Shown here: positions 8,264-16,161 of the stretch, piece by piece
How positions within the stretch are numbered: the stretch's first letter is position 1
How the letters are laid out: every line of letters begins with the position of its first letter
Source of the DNA: Deferribacterales bacterium
GTDB lineage: Bacteria; Chrysiogenota; Deferribacteres; Deferribacterales; Geovibrionaceae
DNA: 19,240 nucleotides
Direction: 5' to 3'
Assembly: GCA_050253335.1 (NCBI GenBank)
Contig: JBFWJG010000044.1
Span: 1-19,240, forward strand
Position numbers and translations under genes: made by a program
Notes under the pieces: model-generated
Database searches by the model: none
Told to the model about the DNA's origin: nothing
Seen by the model: only the letters and a program-made list of their open reading frames with translations

Positions 8264-9259
8264 TTACTGGATAAGAGACTTGTCTATGAACTTATCAAGT
8301 CCTGCCTCTTTGTAGTATTTAAGAGCGCCGGGGTGTAGCGGTGCGGAAAGACCCTGAAGCAGATCTTGTTTTTCAAGGTTTGCGAAAGCAGGGTGGATTT
8401 TTTTGAATTCCTCAAAGTTGTCAAAAACTTCTTTTGTTATGGCGTAAACAACTTTAGCGTCAACATCTGCGGAGGTTACAAGAGTGGCTTTCACGCCGAC
8501 GCTTTCAACATCAGTTTTGTTAACAGCCGTGGGGTAATCTTTGATGGCGATTTTAGCTTTCGCGTAGTAGGGGTATTTGGCGATAAGCTTATCAACCGGA
8601 GCGCCTGTTATGGGGACTATGGCAACTTTGATTCTGCCTGATGTGGCTTCCTTTATGTTTCCGTTGGGGTGTCCCACTGTGTAGAAGAAAGCGTCAAGCC
8701 TTTCATCCTGAAGAAGGCCGGGGGCTTCGACAGCTTTGATGTATTCAGCTTTGAGTTCGCTTTCATTAAGGCCGAAAGCCTCGAAGAGGTCTTTGGAGTT
8801 CTGAAGCTGGCCTGAGCCGGGGTTGCCGACATTGACTCTTTTGCCTTTAAGGGTCATGATGTCTTTGATGCCGCTTGCTTCAGTGGCTATGAGGGTGATT
8901 GTCTCGGGGTGAACGGAGAAGACCGCTCTCAGTTTTTTCTGAGGGCCTTTATCTTTCCACTCGTCCTGTCCGTAGTAAGCTTTATATTGAATGTCTGACT
9001 GTGCTATGCCGAATTCAAGATCTCCGGCGAGAACTGCGTTAACGTTGTAAACAGAGCCTCCGGTTGATTCAACAGTGGCTTTGATACCGTATTCCTTTGA
9101 CTTTGTGTTCACCATGCGGCTGATTGCTCCGCCTGTGGGATAGTAAACCCCTGTAACGCCGCCTGTACCGATTGTAACGAAAGTGGTTTTGGCGAAAGAA
9201 ACGGGAACTGCTGCTGCGACCATAAACAGAGCCGCAATAAGAACTGTAAGTTTCCTCAT
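8264..9259 (-). CDS. TAXI-family TRAP solute-binding protein
   Basis: Signal peptide ending VSFA|K; GTGGVTGVYYP, STGGSVYN, GNPGSG, PLHPGA; SD AAGGAGG. Confidence 0.95.
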   Translation of the reverse strand: MRKLTVLIAALFMVAAAVPVSFAKTTFVTIGTGGVTGVYYPTGGAISRMVNTKSKEYGIKATVESTGGSVYNVNAVLAGDLEFGIAQSDIQYKAYYGQDEWKDKGPQKKLRAVFSVHPETITLIATEASGIKDIMTLKGKRVNVGNPGSGQLQNSKDLFEAFGLNESELKAEYIKAVEAPGLLQDERLDAFFYTVGHPNGNIKEATSGRIKVAIVPITGAPVDKLIAKYPYYAKAKIAIKDYPTAVNKTDVESVGVKATLVTSADVDAKVVYAITKEVFDNFEEFKKIHPAFANLEKQDLLQGLSAPLHPGALKYYKEAGLDKFIDKSLIQ

Positions 9260-9426
9260 GCTTTTCCTCCTTTATTTCTCCCCGAGCCGCACAACAGAGT
9301 TTAGCTTCGCTGTAATCCGGTTCAGGGAATTACGTACTTTGTCAGGTGTTGAAAAAAGGTAAGACCACAGCCGGAAGGCTCGGCCGTACTGAGCAGAGAC
9401 GCCTGATAATGCGTTTCCATATAATA

Positions 9427-9456
9427 AGGATAGCTGATAGCACCTTTATGTGTCAA
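9427..9456 (-). promoter_or_regulatory. Sigma70-type promoter of the TAXI operon
   Basis: TTGACA (9456-9451), 18-nt spacer, TATCCT (9432-9427). Confidence 0.55.
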
Positions 9457-9689
9457 CATTTTCCTTAAAATTGAAATAATAAAATATCCTTTAGCTATCA
9501 ATAGTTATGCTTATTTTTTGCCCACTTGGATATATTTCTGGTTAAATCTTAATCAGGTTTGTCCACCGGACTGGAAGTGCCCTGTTCAGGATAATTGAAA
9601 ATATGGGTTTATTTATCAACGGACTGCTTGAACAGAGGCATTTTTAAGTGTAGTATTGAAAGATATTATTTTTTTCCGGTGTGTGGATA

Positions 9690-10055
9690 ATGAGCCTGTT
9701 TGATGAAGAAAAGCGCAGCAGTGAGCGCACCCCTCTGCGTACTGAATTTTTTATACGCAGAAGCGTGGAAGGAGAACTTTTTGAGCCTTTCAAAGTTTTT
9801 GACATAACCGAAAACGGTATGCGTGTCAGAGACAACGGCAGGCTCAGAGGGGCGGATGTTCTTGAGATAGGAACATACGACAAGGTTAAAAAACTCGGGG
9901 TAAAAGACGCGGGCGAGAACCCTACGTACAACGATACGCTTTTCGTGGGCATCATGAAAGGGCGTGCCGTCTGGAATGACGACCACTTTACAGGGATAGA
10001 AATATTCGAAATATCAAAGGAATGCGCAGAAAAGATCAGTATGCTTTCTGATTAG
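9690..10055 (+). CDS. PilZ-domain protein (putative c-di-GMP receptor)
   Basis: RxxxR (RSSER) followed by a DxSxxG-like motif (DITENG) and a C-terminal GRAVW..TGIE strand pattern. ATG 9690 is preferred over GTG 9681. Confidence 0.7.
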   Translation: MSLFDEEKRSSERTPLRTEFFIRRSVEGELFEPFKVFDITENGMRVRDNGRLRGADVLEIGTYDKVKKLGVKDAGENPTYNDTLFVGIMKGRAVWNDDHFTGIEIFEISKECAEKISMLSD

Positions 10056-10083
10056 TTTATCATAAATTTTCATCCGGTGAATA

Positions 10084-11139
10084 ATGGACAATTTTTTTAA
10101 TCTGCCCGGAACCGTTGAGTGGAAGAACGGCGAACTCTATTTTCTTGACCAGACACTGCTTCCTCTGGAGGCCGTATCCGAAAAGCAGGAAACTGCTGAA
10201 CAGGTGTGGGATTCCATAAAAAAACTTAAAGTGCGGGGAGCTCCAGCGATCGGCATTGCGGGTGCTTACGGTCTGGCTGTGGGCATGAGGGATAAAACCG
10301 GACTTTCTCCGGCGAATTTCCTCAGTGAACTGGAACGCTGCGCTGAGTATCTTAACTCATCCCGCCCCACTGCTGTCAACCTCAGCTGGGCGCTGAAGCG
10401 CGTTGTCGCCAGTGCTGTCATGAGCGGTCTTGATTCTTCGGAAGGGCTTTACGGGGTCATCACGGCCGAGGCGGAAAAAATACACGCGGAAGACCGCGCC
10501 ATATGCAGCGCCATAGGGAAGCACGGTTCCGCTCTCATTAAGGAAGGTGCGGGCGTTCTCACGCACTGCAACGCAGGCGCTCTTGCCACATCGGGAATAG
10601 GCACGGCAACGGCTCCCATGTACACAGCCCATGCCGAAGGGCGGAGATTCAGGGTGTTTTCCGATGAAACAAGGCCGCTTCTTCAGGGCGCAAGGCTGAC
10701 TTCATGGGAACTAAGGAAAGCGGGAATTGATGTCACTCTGATATGCGATAATATGGCGGCGTCTGTCATGGCAGAGGGCAGGATTGACCTTGTTATAGTC
10801 GGAACCGACAGGGTCGCCGCCAACGGCGATGTTGCCAATAAAATAGGCACCCTCGGGGTTGCTGTCGCGGCGAAACACTTCGGAATACCTTTTTATGTGG
10901 CATGTCCTTCATCCACTCTGGATTTTGACACCCCTGACGGAAAGCACATAGTCATAGAAGAGCGTGAGGCGGAGGAGGTGACATCCTTCGGCGCGAGGCG
11001 CACGGCACCGGAAGGCATAAAGGTCTGCAATCCTGCCTTCGATGTTACTCCTAATTCGCTTGTGACGGGGATTATTACAGAGAAAGGGATTGTCTGCCCT
11101 CCTTACACTGAGGGGCTGAGAAGTCTGTTTCTGAAATAG
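10084..11139 (+). CDS. mtnA: S-methyl-5-thioribose-1-phosphate isomerase
   Basis: LDQTLLP, VRGAPAIG, SRPTAVNL, THCNAGALAT, ETRPLLQGARLT, NGDVANKIGT, NPAFDVTP. Confidence 0.95.
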   Translation: MDNFFNLPGTVEWKNGELYFLDQTLLPLEAVSEKQETAEQVWDSIKKLKVRGAPAIGIAGAYGLAVGMRDKTGLSPANFLSELERCAEYLNSSRPTAVNLSWALKRVVASAVMSGLDSSEGLYGVITAEAEKIHAEDRAICSAIGKHGSALIKEGAGVLTHCNAGALATSGIGTATAPMYTAHAEGRRFRVFSDETRPLLQGARLTSWELRKAGIDVTLICDNMAASVMAEGRIDLVIVGTDRVAANGDVANKIGTLGVAVAAKHFGIPFYVACPSSTLDFDTPDGKHIVIEEREAEEVTSFGARRTAPEGIKVCNPAFDVTPNSLVTGIITEKGIVCPPYTEGLRSLFLK

Positions 11140-11156
11140 GCTCCGGAAGGAGTGCC

Positions 11157-11198
11157 GGTTTCCGGGACTGCGCGTGCAATCCCGAAACCTCATTTTTT
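11157..11198 (+). terminator. Imperfect hairpin plus T-tract between convergent mtnA and CBS genes
   Basis: GGTTT(C)CGGGA...TCCCGAAACC followed by tcaTTTTTT. Confidence 0.5.
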
Positions 11199-11200
11199 GT

Positions 11201-11608
11201 CTAGCGTGAGAGAGCCTTCAGAACGTCGCCGAGGGAAACAAGGCCTACGACCTCTTCATTTTCGACAACGGGAAGGCGGTGAACATATTTCTCAAGCATT
11301 ATTCTTGCCGCCTCTTTAACATCTGAATCGGGGCTGATTGTGAACCTGGGTTCGGACATCACCATGCGGACGGAGTTGTCCGTCAGCTCTTTAATGTCAA
11401 TGAGCGGAATGGCGTCTGCGTCATTGAGAATGTCCGGAAGCGCCATCATCACATCCGATTCGCTGAAAACTCCGATAAGTTTTCCGCTGCTGTTTACCAC
11501 GGGCAGACCGGAAATTTTATTTGTTCTGAGCCTGAGAATAACCTCTTTTATAGTTTCATCGGGTCTCGCGGTGATGACCTTGGTCGTCATAATTTCTCTG
11601 ATCTTCAA
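11201..11608 (-). CDS. Stand-alone CBS-pair (Bateman domain) protein
   Basis: Two CBS repeats (ISGLPVV..GVFSESD; VHRLPVV..GLVSLGD). Likely start is TTG at 11608 (MKIREIMT), 6 nt after SD AAGGAG and just after the Acs-like stop. Confidence 0.9.
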   Translation of the reverse strand: MKIREIMTTKVITARPDETIKEVILRLRTNKISGLPVVNSSGKLIGVFSESDVMMALPDILNDADAIPLIDIKELTDNSVRMVMSEPRFTISPDSDVKEAARIMLEKYVHRLPVVENEEVVGLVSLGDVLKALSR

Positions 11609-11621
11609 GTTAAGCTCCTTG

Positions 11622-13499
11622 CTACATCTGCATTGCAATATCTTTAAGCAGATCGCGGAGAATTACTCCGTCGGGAGATTTCGGCAGTGTCCTTGTGAAT
11701 CTTATTTCACTGGGCAGAGCGATTTCTCCTATTTCTTCAATAATCCGCTCTCTCAATTCCCTGACGGTGGTGTCGTGATAGCTTTCATCTATCTCTTTTT
11801 TCAGAACGCTGAACGCAATAAGGGCATCCCCGCGCTTTTCGTCGGGAATGCTTACCACTGCACAGTCTTCAACGTTGTCGTGTGTTTTTATAGCTTCTTC
11901 AATTTCAATCAAACTGAGCCTTTTGCCGCCCAGATGGAGAACATCGTCCATCCTGCCTTTAAGGATAAGATAGCCTTCGGAGTTGATTTCGGCCGAGTCC
12001 CCTGTTTTGAAGAATACATTATTATTATAAGATTTCCAGTAAATTTTTTTATAAGTGTCATAGGAATTGTTTATGGTTCTGCAGAGTGAAGGCATGGGCT
12101 TGTCCAGAACCAGCGCTCCTTGAGTCCCCGGTTCGGGGAGAATCTCGCCGCTGGCGTTGTTTATTATCTTCACGGAAACGCCGGGGAGAGGTTTGGAAAC
12201 GGTGCCCGGTCTGCATTCTTCATAGCCCGGCACAGCGGACGCGATGGCGCCTCCGGTCTCTGTAATGGAGTATATGTCGAAAAGAGCGGCGTTATAATTG
12301 CCCAGCGCCTTTGCCGTCCACTCTCTGATATCGTCTGTCATCTTTTCGCCCCCTGTGGCTATCAACTCAAGGGTGTCCAGCTTCATGTACTTCTTCTTTT
12401 TTTGCGCTGCGTTCATAAGGGATTTCAATATCGACGGTCTTGTATACAGTTTATTGACGCAGAATTTATCGCATATGTCGTAAAACCTGTGGGCGTTGTC
12501 CATGTCTATGGTGTCTTCAAACACAAGCACGGTCTCCCCCGCCATGAGCGGGCCGTACACAAGGTACGAGTGTCCGGTTATCCACGCTATGTCCGCTGTG
12601 CACCAGAATGTGTCCGTGTCGCGGGCGTCAAACATCAGCAGATAGGAAAAGTAAGCCCACAGAAGATAGCCGGCGGTGTGGAAAACAAGCGCTTTGGGAT
12701 CCTTCATGTTTGTTGAGGTATAAAGCATGAACATGGGATCTTCGGCGCGGGCATATTCCTGCCCTATATTTTTTGCCATGGAGTAGTGCTCATCGCTTAT
12801 GAGATCATGAAACCAAATGTCGCGCAAAGGCTTCATATGAACCCGCTTTGACACTCGCTCCACCACTATGCAGTACTGCGGCTGGTGGTCGGATATTATC
12901 AGAGCATTGTCCAGCTTGTTTTTCAGGTTCTGATTGGCTGTTACGGTTCCGTCCGCAGTGATGATTATTTTCGGGCGGCAGTCGTTAATTCTGTCCGCCA
13001 GAGAGTCGGTTGAGTAGCTTGTGTGGTAAACAATGTGCACCGCGCCCAGCTTCACGCAGGCAAGCATGGCAATGATCAGTTCGGGGATGTTGGGCAGATG
13101 GAGAAGAACCTTGTCCCCTTTTTTGAGTCCCAGTTTTTTAAGGGCGGAGGAGCATTTTATCACTTCAGAGTATAAGGACTGATATGTGTAAACCATCTGG
13201 GAGTGGTCGGCGCCTTTCCATATGATCGCCGCCTTGTTCTTCTTCGTTGTTGTCAGGTGCTTGCCCAGAACATTTTCCAGAGGGCAGAGCGTTCCGTTCT
13301 CGTAATATCTCGGAGTGAGCTTCTCACCCCAGTAAAGCGATGTATATTCCTTTTCCCAAACGAGATATTTTTTAGCCAGATAATCATGAAGCTGTTCATA
13401 GTCCCCGCTTAGGGAGCGTATTTTGTCCAGCTCCGCTTTGCTGAGGCTGTGCCTCTGGAAATTTCTGCAGTTTTCGGCCAGTCTTGAATAAATGGACAT
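11622..13499 (-). CDS. Acetyl-CoA synthetase-like protein with degenerate catalytic motifs (candidate pseudoenzyme)
   Basis: Acs signatures FWCTADIAWITGHSYLVYGPL, TETGG, TGD, GRMDDV. P-loop reads YTSTNMKDPKA and A10 reads LPKSPDGVILR. Start ATG 13499 follows GAGGTGGAG. Confidence 0.88.
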   Translation of the reverse strand: MSIYSRLAENCRNFQRHSLSKAELDKIRSLSGDYEQLHDYLAKKYLVWEKEYTSLYWGEKLTPRYYENGTLCPLENVLGKHLTTTKKNKAAIIWKGADHSQMVYTYQSLYSEVIKCSSALKKLGLKKGDKVLLHLPNIPELIIAMLACVKLGAVHIVYHTSYSTDSLADRINDCRPKIIITADGTVTANQNLKNKLDNALIISDHQPQYCIVVERVSKRVHMKPLRDIWFHDLISDEHYSMAKNIGQEYARAEDPMFMLYTSTNMKDPKALVFHTAGYLLWAYFSYLLMFDARDTDTFWCTADIAWITGHSYLVYGPLMAGETVLVFEDTIDMDNAHRFYDICDKFCVNKLYTRPSILKSLMNAAQKKKKYMKLDTLELIATGGEKMTDDIREWTAKALGNYNAALFDIYSITETGGAIASAVPGYEECRPGTVSKPLPGVSVKIINNASGEILPEPGTQGALVLDKPMPSLCRTINNSYDTYKKIYWKSYNNNVFFKTGDSAEINSEGYLILKGRMDDVLHLGGKRLSLIEIEEAIKTHDNVEDCAVVSIPDEKRGDALIAFSVLKKEIDESYHDTTVRELRERIIEEIGEIALPSEIRFTRTLPKSPDGVILRDLLKDIAMQM

Positions 13500-13648
13500 G
13501 CTCCACCTCGGTGATCTTGAAAAATAACACGTTTGTTTAAAAATGTACAATGGCAAAATATATATTTATTATGCTAATAGGCGCTTTCTGAATAAAAAGC
13601 TCATATATATGTTTTAAGATATTCTCTGATAATTCCTGTGTTCTGTTT

Positions 13649-15568
13649 TCAGCGTCCGATTATTTTTGAGAAATATCTCTTGGTGGAATCCTGAAGCTTG
13701 CTGGTCACCTTGAATGCTTCCTTCAGAAGATCCGCTTCCTGATCGCTGAGAGTGTCTGGATCAAGGTAATGGCTCGGCTCCATGTTCTGTTCAATGAGGT
13801 TTATCTCATTTTGAAGACGCAGGTAAGTAAATGACTCAAAAGCCGCTTTAAGGTTCTCTATGGTTGATTTGTTGAACAGTTTTCTTTCCAGAAGAACATC
13901 AAGCCTGTCCAGCGTGGTTACGGCGTGCACTCCCTGCTCAAGGGTGAACATTCGGGCGCAGTCCACTATGAATATGCTGCCGTTCTCCTTGAGGGAGAGC
14001 TTCCCTTTGTGTTCCTTTTCGCCGGATGTGATGAACCTGCCCAGAAGGTTAAGCGGAACCTTGTGCCTGAAGTCCAGTTCCATCATCTGAAAAAGGAAGA
14101 GGGGATTTGCCTTTATTTCCTGAAAAACGGTTTCCCTCAGACTGTCGCAGAGCGATTCCTCGCCGACGATGGGCATGAAGTCAAAGAATATGGATGAGTA
14201 GCGCACTCTCTGGGGCTCGGGCACACGAACCCATCTGCTTACTCTCTCCTTCCATTCGGAAAGCCGTCCCCGCCATTCAGGATTGTTTACCATGACCTTT
14301 CCGTTGCAGAGGTGATAGCCTATGTCGGCCAGAGCGGACACAAGCCTTTCCGCAAACGGGTCAAAAAATGCTTCTACATCCTCGTGGAGCTCGTCCGGAT
14401 AGTCCTCGAATATGAAGCCGTTGTCCTGATCGGGTCCCAGAAGCATCTCTTTGCGCCCTCCGCTTCCCATTATGATGAAGGTGTATTTCACAGGCGGAAG
14501 CCTGTTCCCCTCTTTCTGCATCGATGCCAGAACCACCTCGAAACAGCGGCGTATTATGCTGTGGTGTATATAAGAGAGAATTTCCATTGTTTCCACATGG
14601 GAGCGGTTTTCAGCCAGAAGGATCTTGGCGACTTTCACAATCTCGCCCCTTATGTGGGTGAGCTCCTCTATTGTTTCCGCTTCCTTCGCGCTGCCCACAA
14701 GTAGCATTGATTTCTGGCTGCGGAACTTCATAAGATCCTGAATGGAAACTATGCCGACTATGTTGTTTCCTTCAAGGATCGGCAGGTGTCTTATGCTGTG
14801 GCGGAGCATGAAGGTCGCCGCTTCATACATATATGTGTCCGGACGCATGAAGATGGGATCAGGGGTCATTACATCCTTTGCGGTGAAGTGTTTAAGGCAG
14901 TTGTCAGTGTCAGTGGCGAGAACCTTGCGCACCATATCCCTTTCGGTGACTATGCCCGCCATATTGCCGTCATCCCCGCGGACGACAAGGGCGGCTATGT
15001 CCTGCTCGGTCATTTTCAGGGCGATTTCGCGCACAGGGGTTGTGAGCCTGCATGTTTCCACAGGTCTGGACATTATCTCTATAAGACGCTTCTGGAAGGG
15101 GTATGCCTCCATCTGCGCCACAGGGTCAAGGGACTTGTGCTCTGTCATTTCGTGGTAGAGCTTTCTTATCTGGGAGTAGATCGCCTTGTTGAAATAGTTG
15201 GATATAATGGGGTGCTGCTGTGCCATGTTGAGGAGCGGCTCTTTAGGGATAAGCAGACAATGGGTTTCCTCCATTGTTTTCGCTCCGGCGGCGTAGTTCT
15301 CGCTTGTGAATATTGGCGACCAGCCGAAGAATCCGCCCGGCTTGCGGTAATCCACAACCATTTCCACGCCTTCGCCTGTTTCCGCGGTAATCTCAACCAG
15401 TCCGCTTTGAATGAAGTATAAGTATCCGTTGGGTTCGGAGCGCTGGGTAAAGAGTACGACCCCGCCGGGATAAACAGCGCTTTTGGAGAGTGATTCCAGA
15501 TCGTCTGCCGCTTTCTGCGGAATATGATTAAAAGGTTCGCATTCATGCAGTCTTTTAAGCTCGCTCAT
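13649..15568 (-). CDS. cNMP-binding-fold / CBS-pair / DUF294 nucleotidyltransferase-like / DUF294_C protein
   Basis: N-terminal CAP-like barrel (LYFIQSGLVEI..GGFFG), two CBS repeats (GIVTERD; IRHLPI), GSGGRKE..DQDN motif, CNGKVMVNNPEW and IFFDF. Confidence 0.92.
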   Translation of the reverse strand: MSELKRLHECEPFNHIPQKAADDLESLSKSAVYPGGVVLFTQRSEPNGYLYFIQSGLVEITAETGEGVEMVVDYRKPGGFFGWSPIFTSENYAAGAKTMEETHCLLIPKEPLLNMAQQHPIISNYFNKAIYSQIRKLYHEMTEHKSLDPVAQMEAYPFQKRLIEIMSRPVETCRLTTPVREIALKMTEQDIAALVVRGDDGNMAGIVTERDMVRKVLATDTDNCLKHFTAKDVMTPDPIFMRPDTYMYEAATFMLRHSIRHLPILEGNNIVGIVSIQDLMKFRSQKSMLLVGSAKEAETIEELTHIRGEIVKVAKILLAENRSHVETMEILSYIHHSIIRRCFEVVLASMQKEGNRLPPVKYTFIIMGSGGRKEMLLGPDQDNGFIFEDYPDELHEDVEAFFDPFAERLVSALADIGYHLCNGKVMVNNPEWRGRLSEWKERVSRWVRVPEPQRVRYSSIFFDFMPIVGEESLCDSLRETVFQEIKANPLFLFQMMELDFRHKVPLNLLGRFITSGEKEHKGKLSLKENGSIFIVDCARMFTLEQGVHAVTTLDRLDVLLERKLFNKSTIENLKAAFESFTYLRLQNEINLIEQNMEPSHYLDPDTLSDQEADLLKEAFKVTSKLQDSTKRYFSKIIGR

Positions 15569-15601
15569 ATTGTTTACCCCGTTAAATAAATGCTCTGTGT
15601 C

Positions 15602-15610
15602 ATTATAACA
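15602..15610 (-). promoter_or_regulatory. Extended -10 promoter for the DUF294 gene
   Basis: Perfect TGnTATAAT (TGTTATAAT) about 33 nt upstream of the ATG; no -35 consensus. Confidence 0.55.
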
Positions 15611-15636
15611 AAAAAGTCTCCGTCAGGAGACTTTTT
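15610..15636 (-). terminator. Intrinsic (bidirectional-looking) terminator after the small membrane protein gene
   Basis: AAAAAGTCTCC-gtca-GGAGACTTTTT, with A/T tracts on both sides. Confidence 0.75.
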
Positions 15637-15675
15637 CGAGAAAACAAAAATATAAAAACTGCCGTTGAAAAAAAA

Positions 15676-16050
15676 TTATTCTGCTGCGGCTGCCTTCTTT
15701 TTTCTTCCGAAAACAAAAGGGTGCGCCTGCTGGCGGAGTACGAAATCCGCGAATATCTTGCCCCAGATTGTTATGCCCGCCATTGCGGACCATTTATCGT
15801 AAGGGTAGCCCAGAGCTATCACGCCGAAAGCCGTCCAGAGAGTGAAAAGTCCTGCCGTAAGATGTATTATTCCTGCGAAAGGAGCCCATTTTCTGGGATT
15901 TGCGGGTGCCACGCCTCTTTTGAGGGCTACTTCGGAGTAGTCATTCTTGATAAAAATACGCCATGCGCGGCGGAGCCAGAAAAAGGTCAATGGGAAAAGC
16001 GCAAGAAACAGAACCCATGTAAGCGCCAGACTAACGTAAGAATAATGCAT
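15676..16050 (-). CDS. Small hypothetical membrane protein (about 3 TM)
   Basis: Three hydrophobic segments and a basic C-tail; SD AAGGAG; co-oriented directly after the symporter. Confidence 0.8.
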   Translation of the reverse strand: MHYSYVSLALTWVLFLALFPLTFFWLRRAWRIFIKNDYSEVALKRGVAPANPRKWAPFAGIIHLTAGLFTLWTAFGVIALGYPYDKWSAMAGITIWGKIFADFVLRQQAHPFVFGRKKKAAAAE

Positions 16051-16098
16051 TTAAAACTCCTTATAATACTTCGGCAACCTGTACCTTCTTCTTAAAGC

Positions 16099-16124
16099 GC
16101 TCCGCCGGATTAATCCGGCGGAGC
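16099..16124. repeat. Perfect 26-bp GC-rich palindrome downstream of the symporter
   Basis: GCTCCGCCGGATT|AATCCGGCGGAGC. Confidence 0.8.
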
Positions 16125-16161
16125 ATTTGCTAATCAATTTCGGTCAAAGGAAAGAGGTCTA

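Noticed and set aside
11609..11638. N-terminal MQCRCSKELN (CxC) extension of the CBS protein
   Set aside because: It overlaps the Acs-like 3' end and contains the SD for TTG 11608, so the CxC is probably not translated.
11340..12089. 249-aa plus-strand ORF, plus other long antisense or alternate-frame ORFs (656-1237, 3750-4238, 4302-4742, 12120-12716, 14786-15421, 16165-16674)
   Set aside because: They overlap genes with clear family motifs and have no recognisable motif themselves; treated as shadow ORFs.
11622..13499. Calling the gene acs/acsA, or calling it a pseudogene
   Set aside because: Catalytic motifs are missing, so acs is unsupported. The frame is intact and full length with conserved structural motifs, so pseudogene is also unsupported.
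13500..13556. Upstream TTG start extending the Acs-like ORF to 644 aa
   Set aside because: The extension is AT-rich intergenic-like sequence, and the SD-like GAGGTGGAG precedes ATG 13499.
13649..15568. Anti-phage (CBASS-like) or toxin-antitoxin reading of the nucleotidyltransferase
   Set aside because: The architecture is cNMP-CBS-DUF294 in a metabolic context, with no effector nuclease or HEPN partner and no mobile-element signs.
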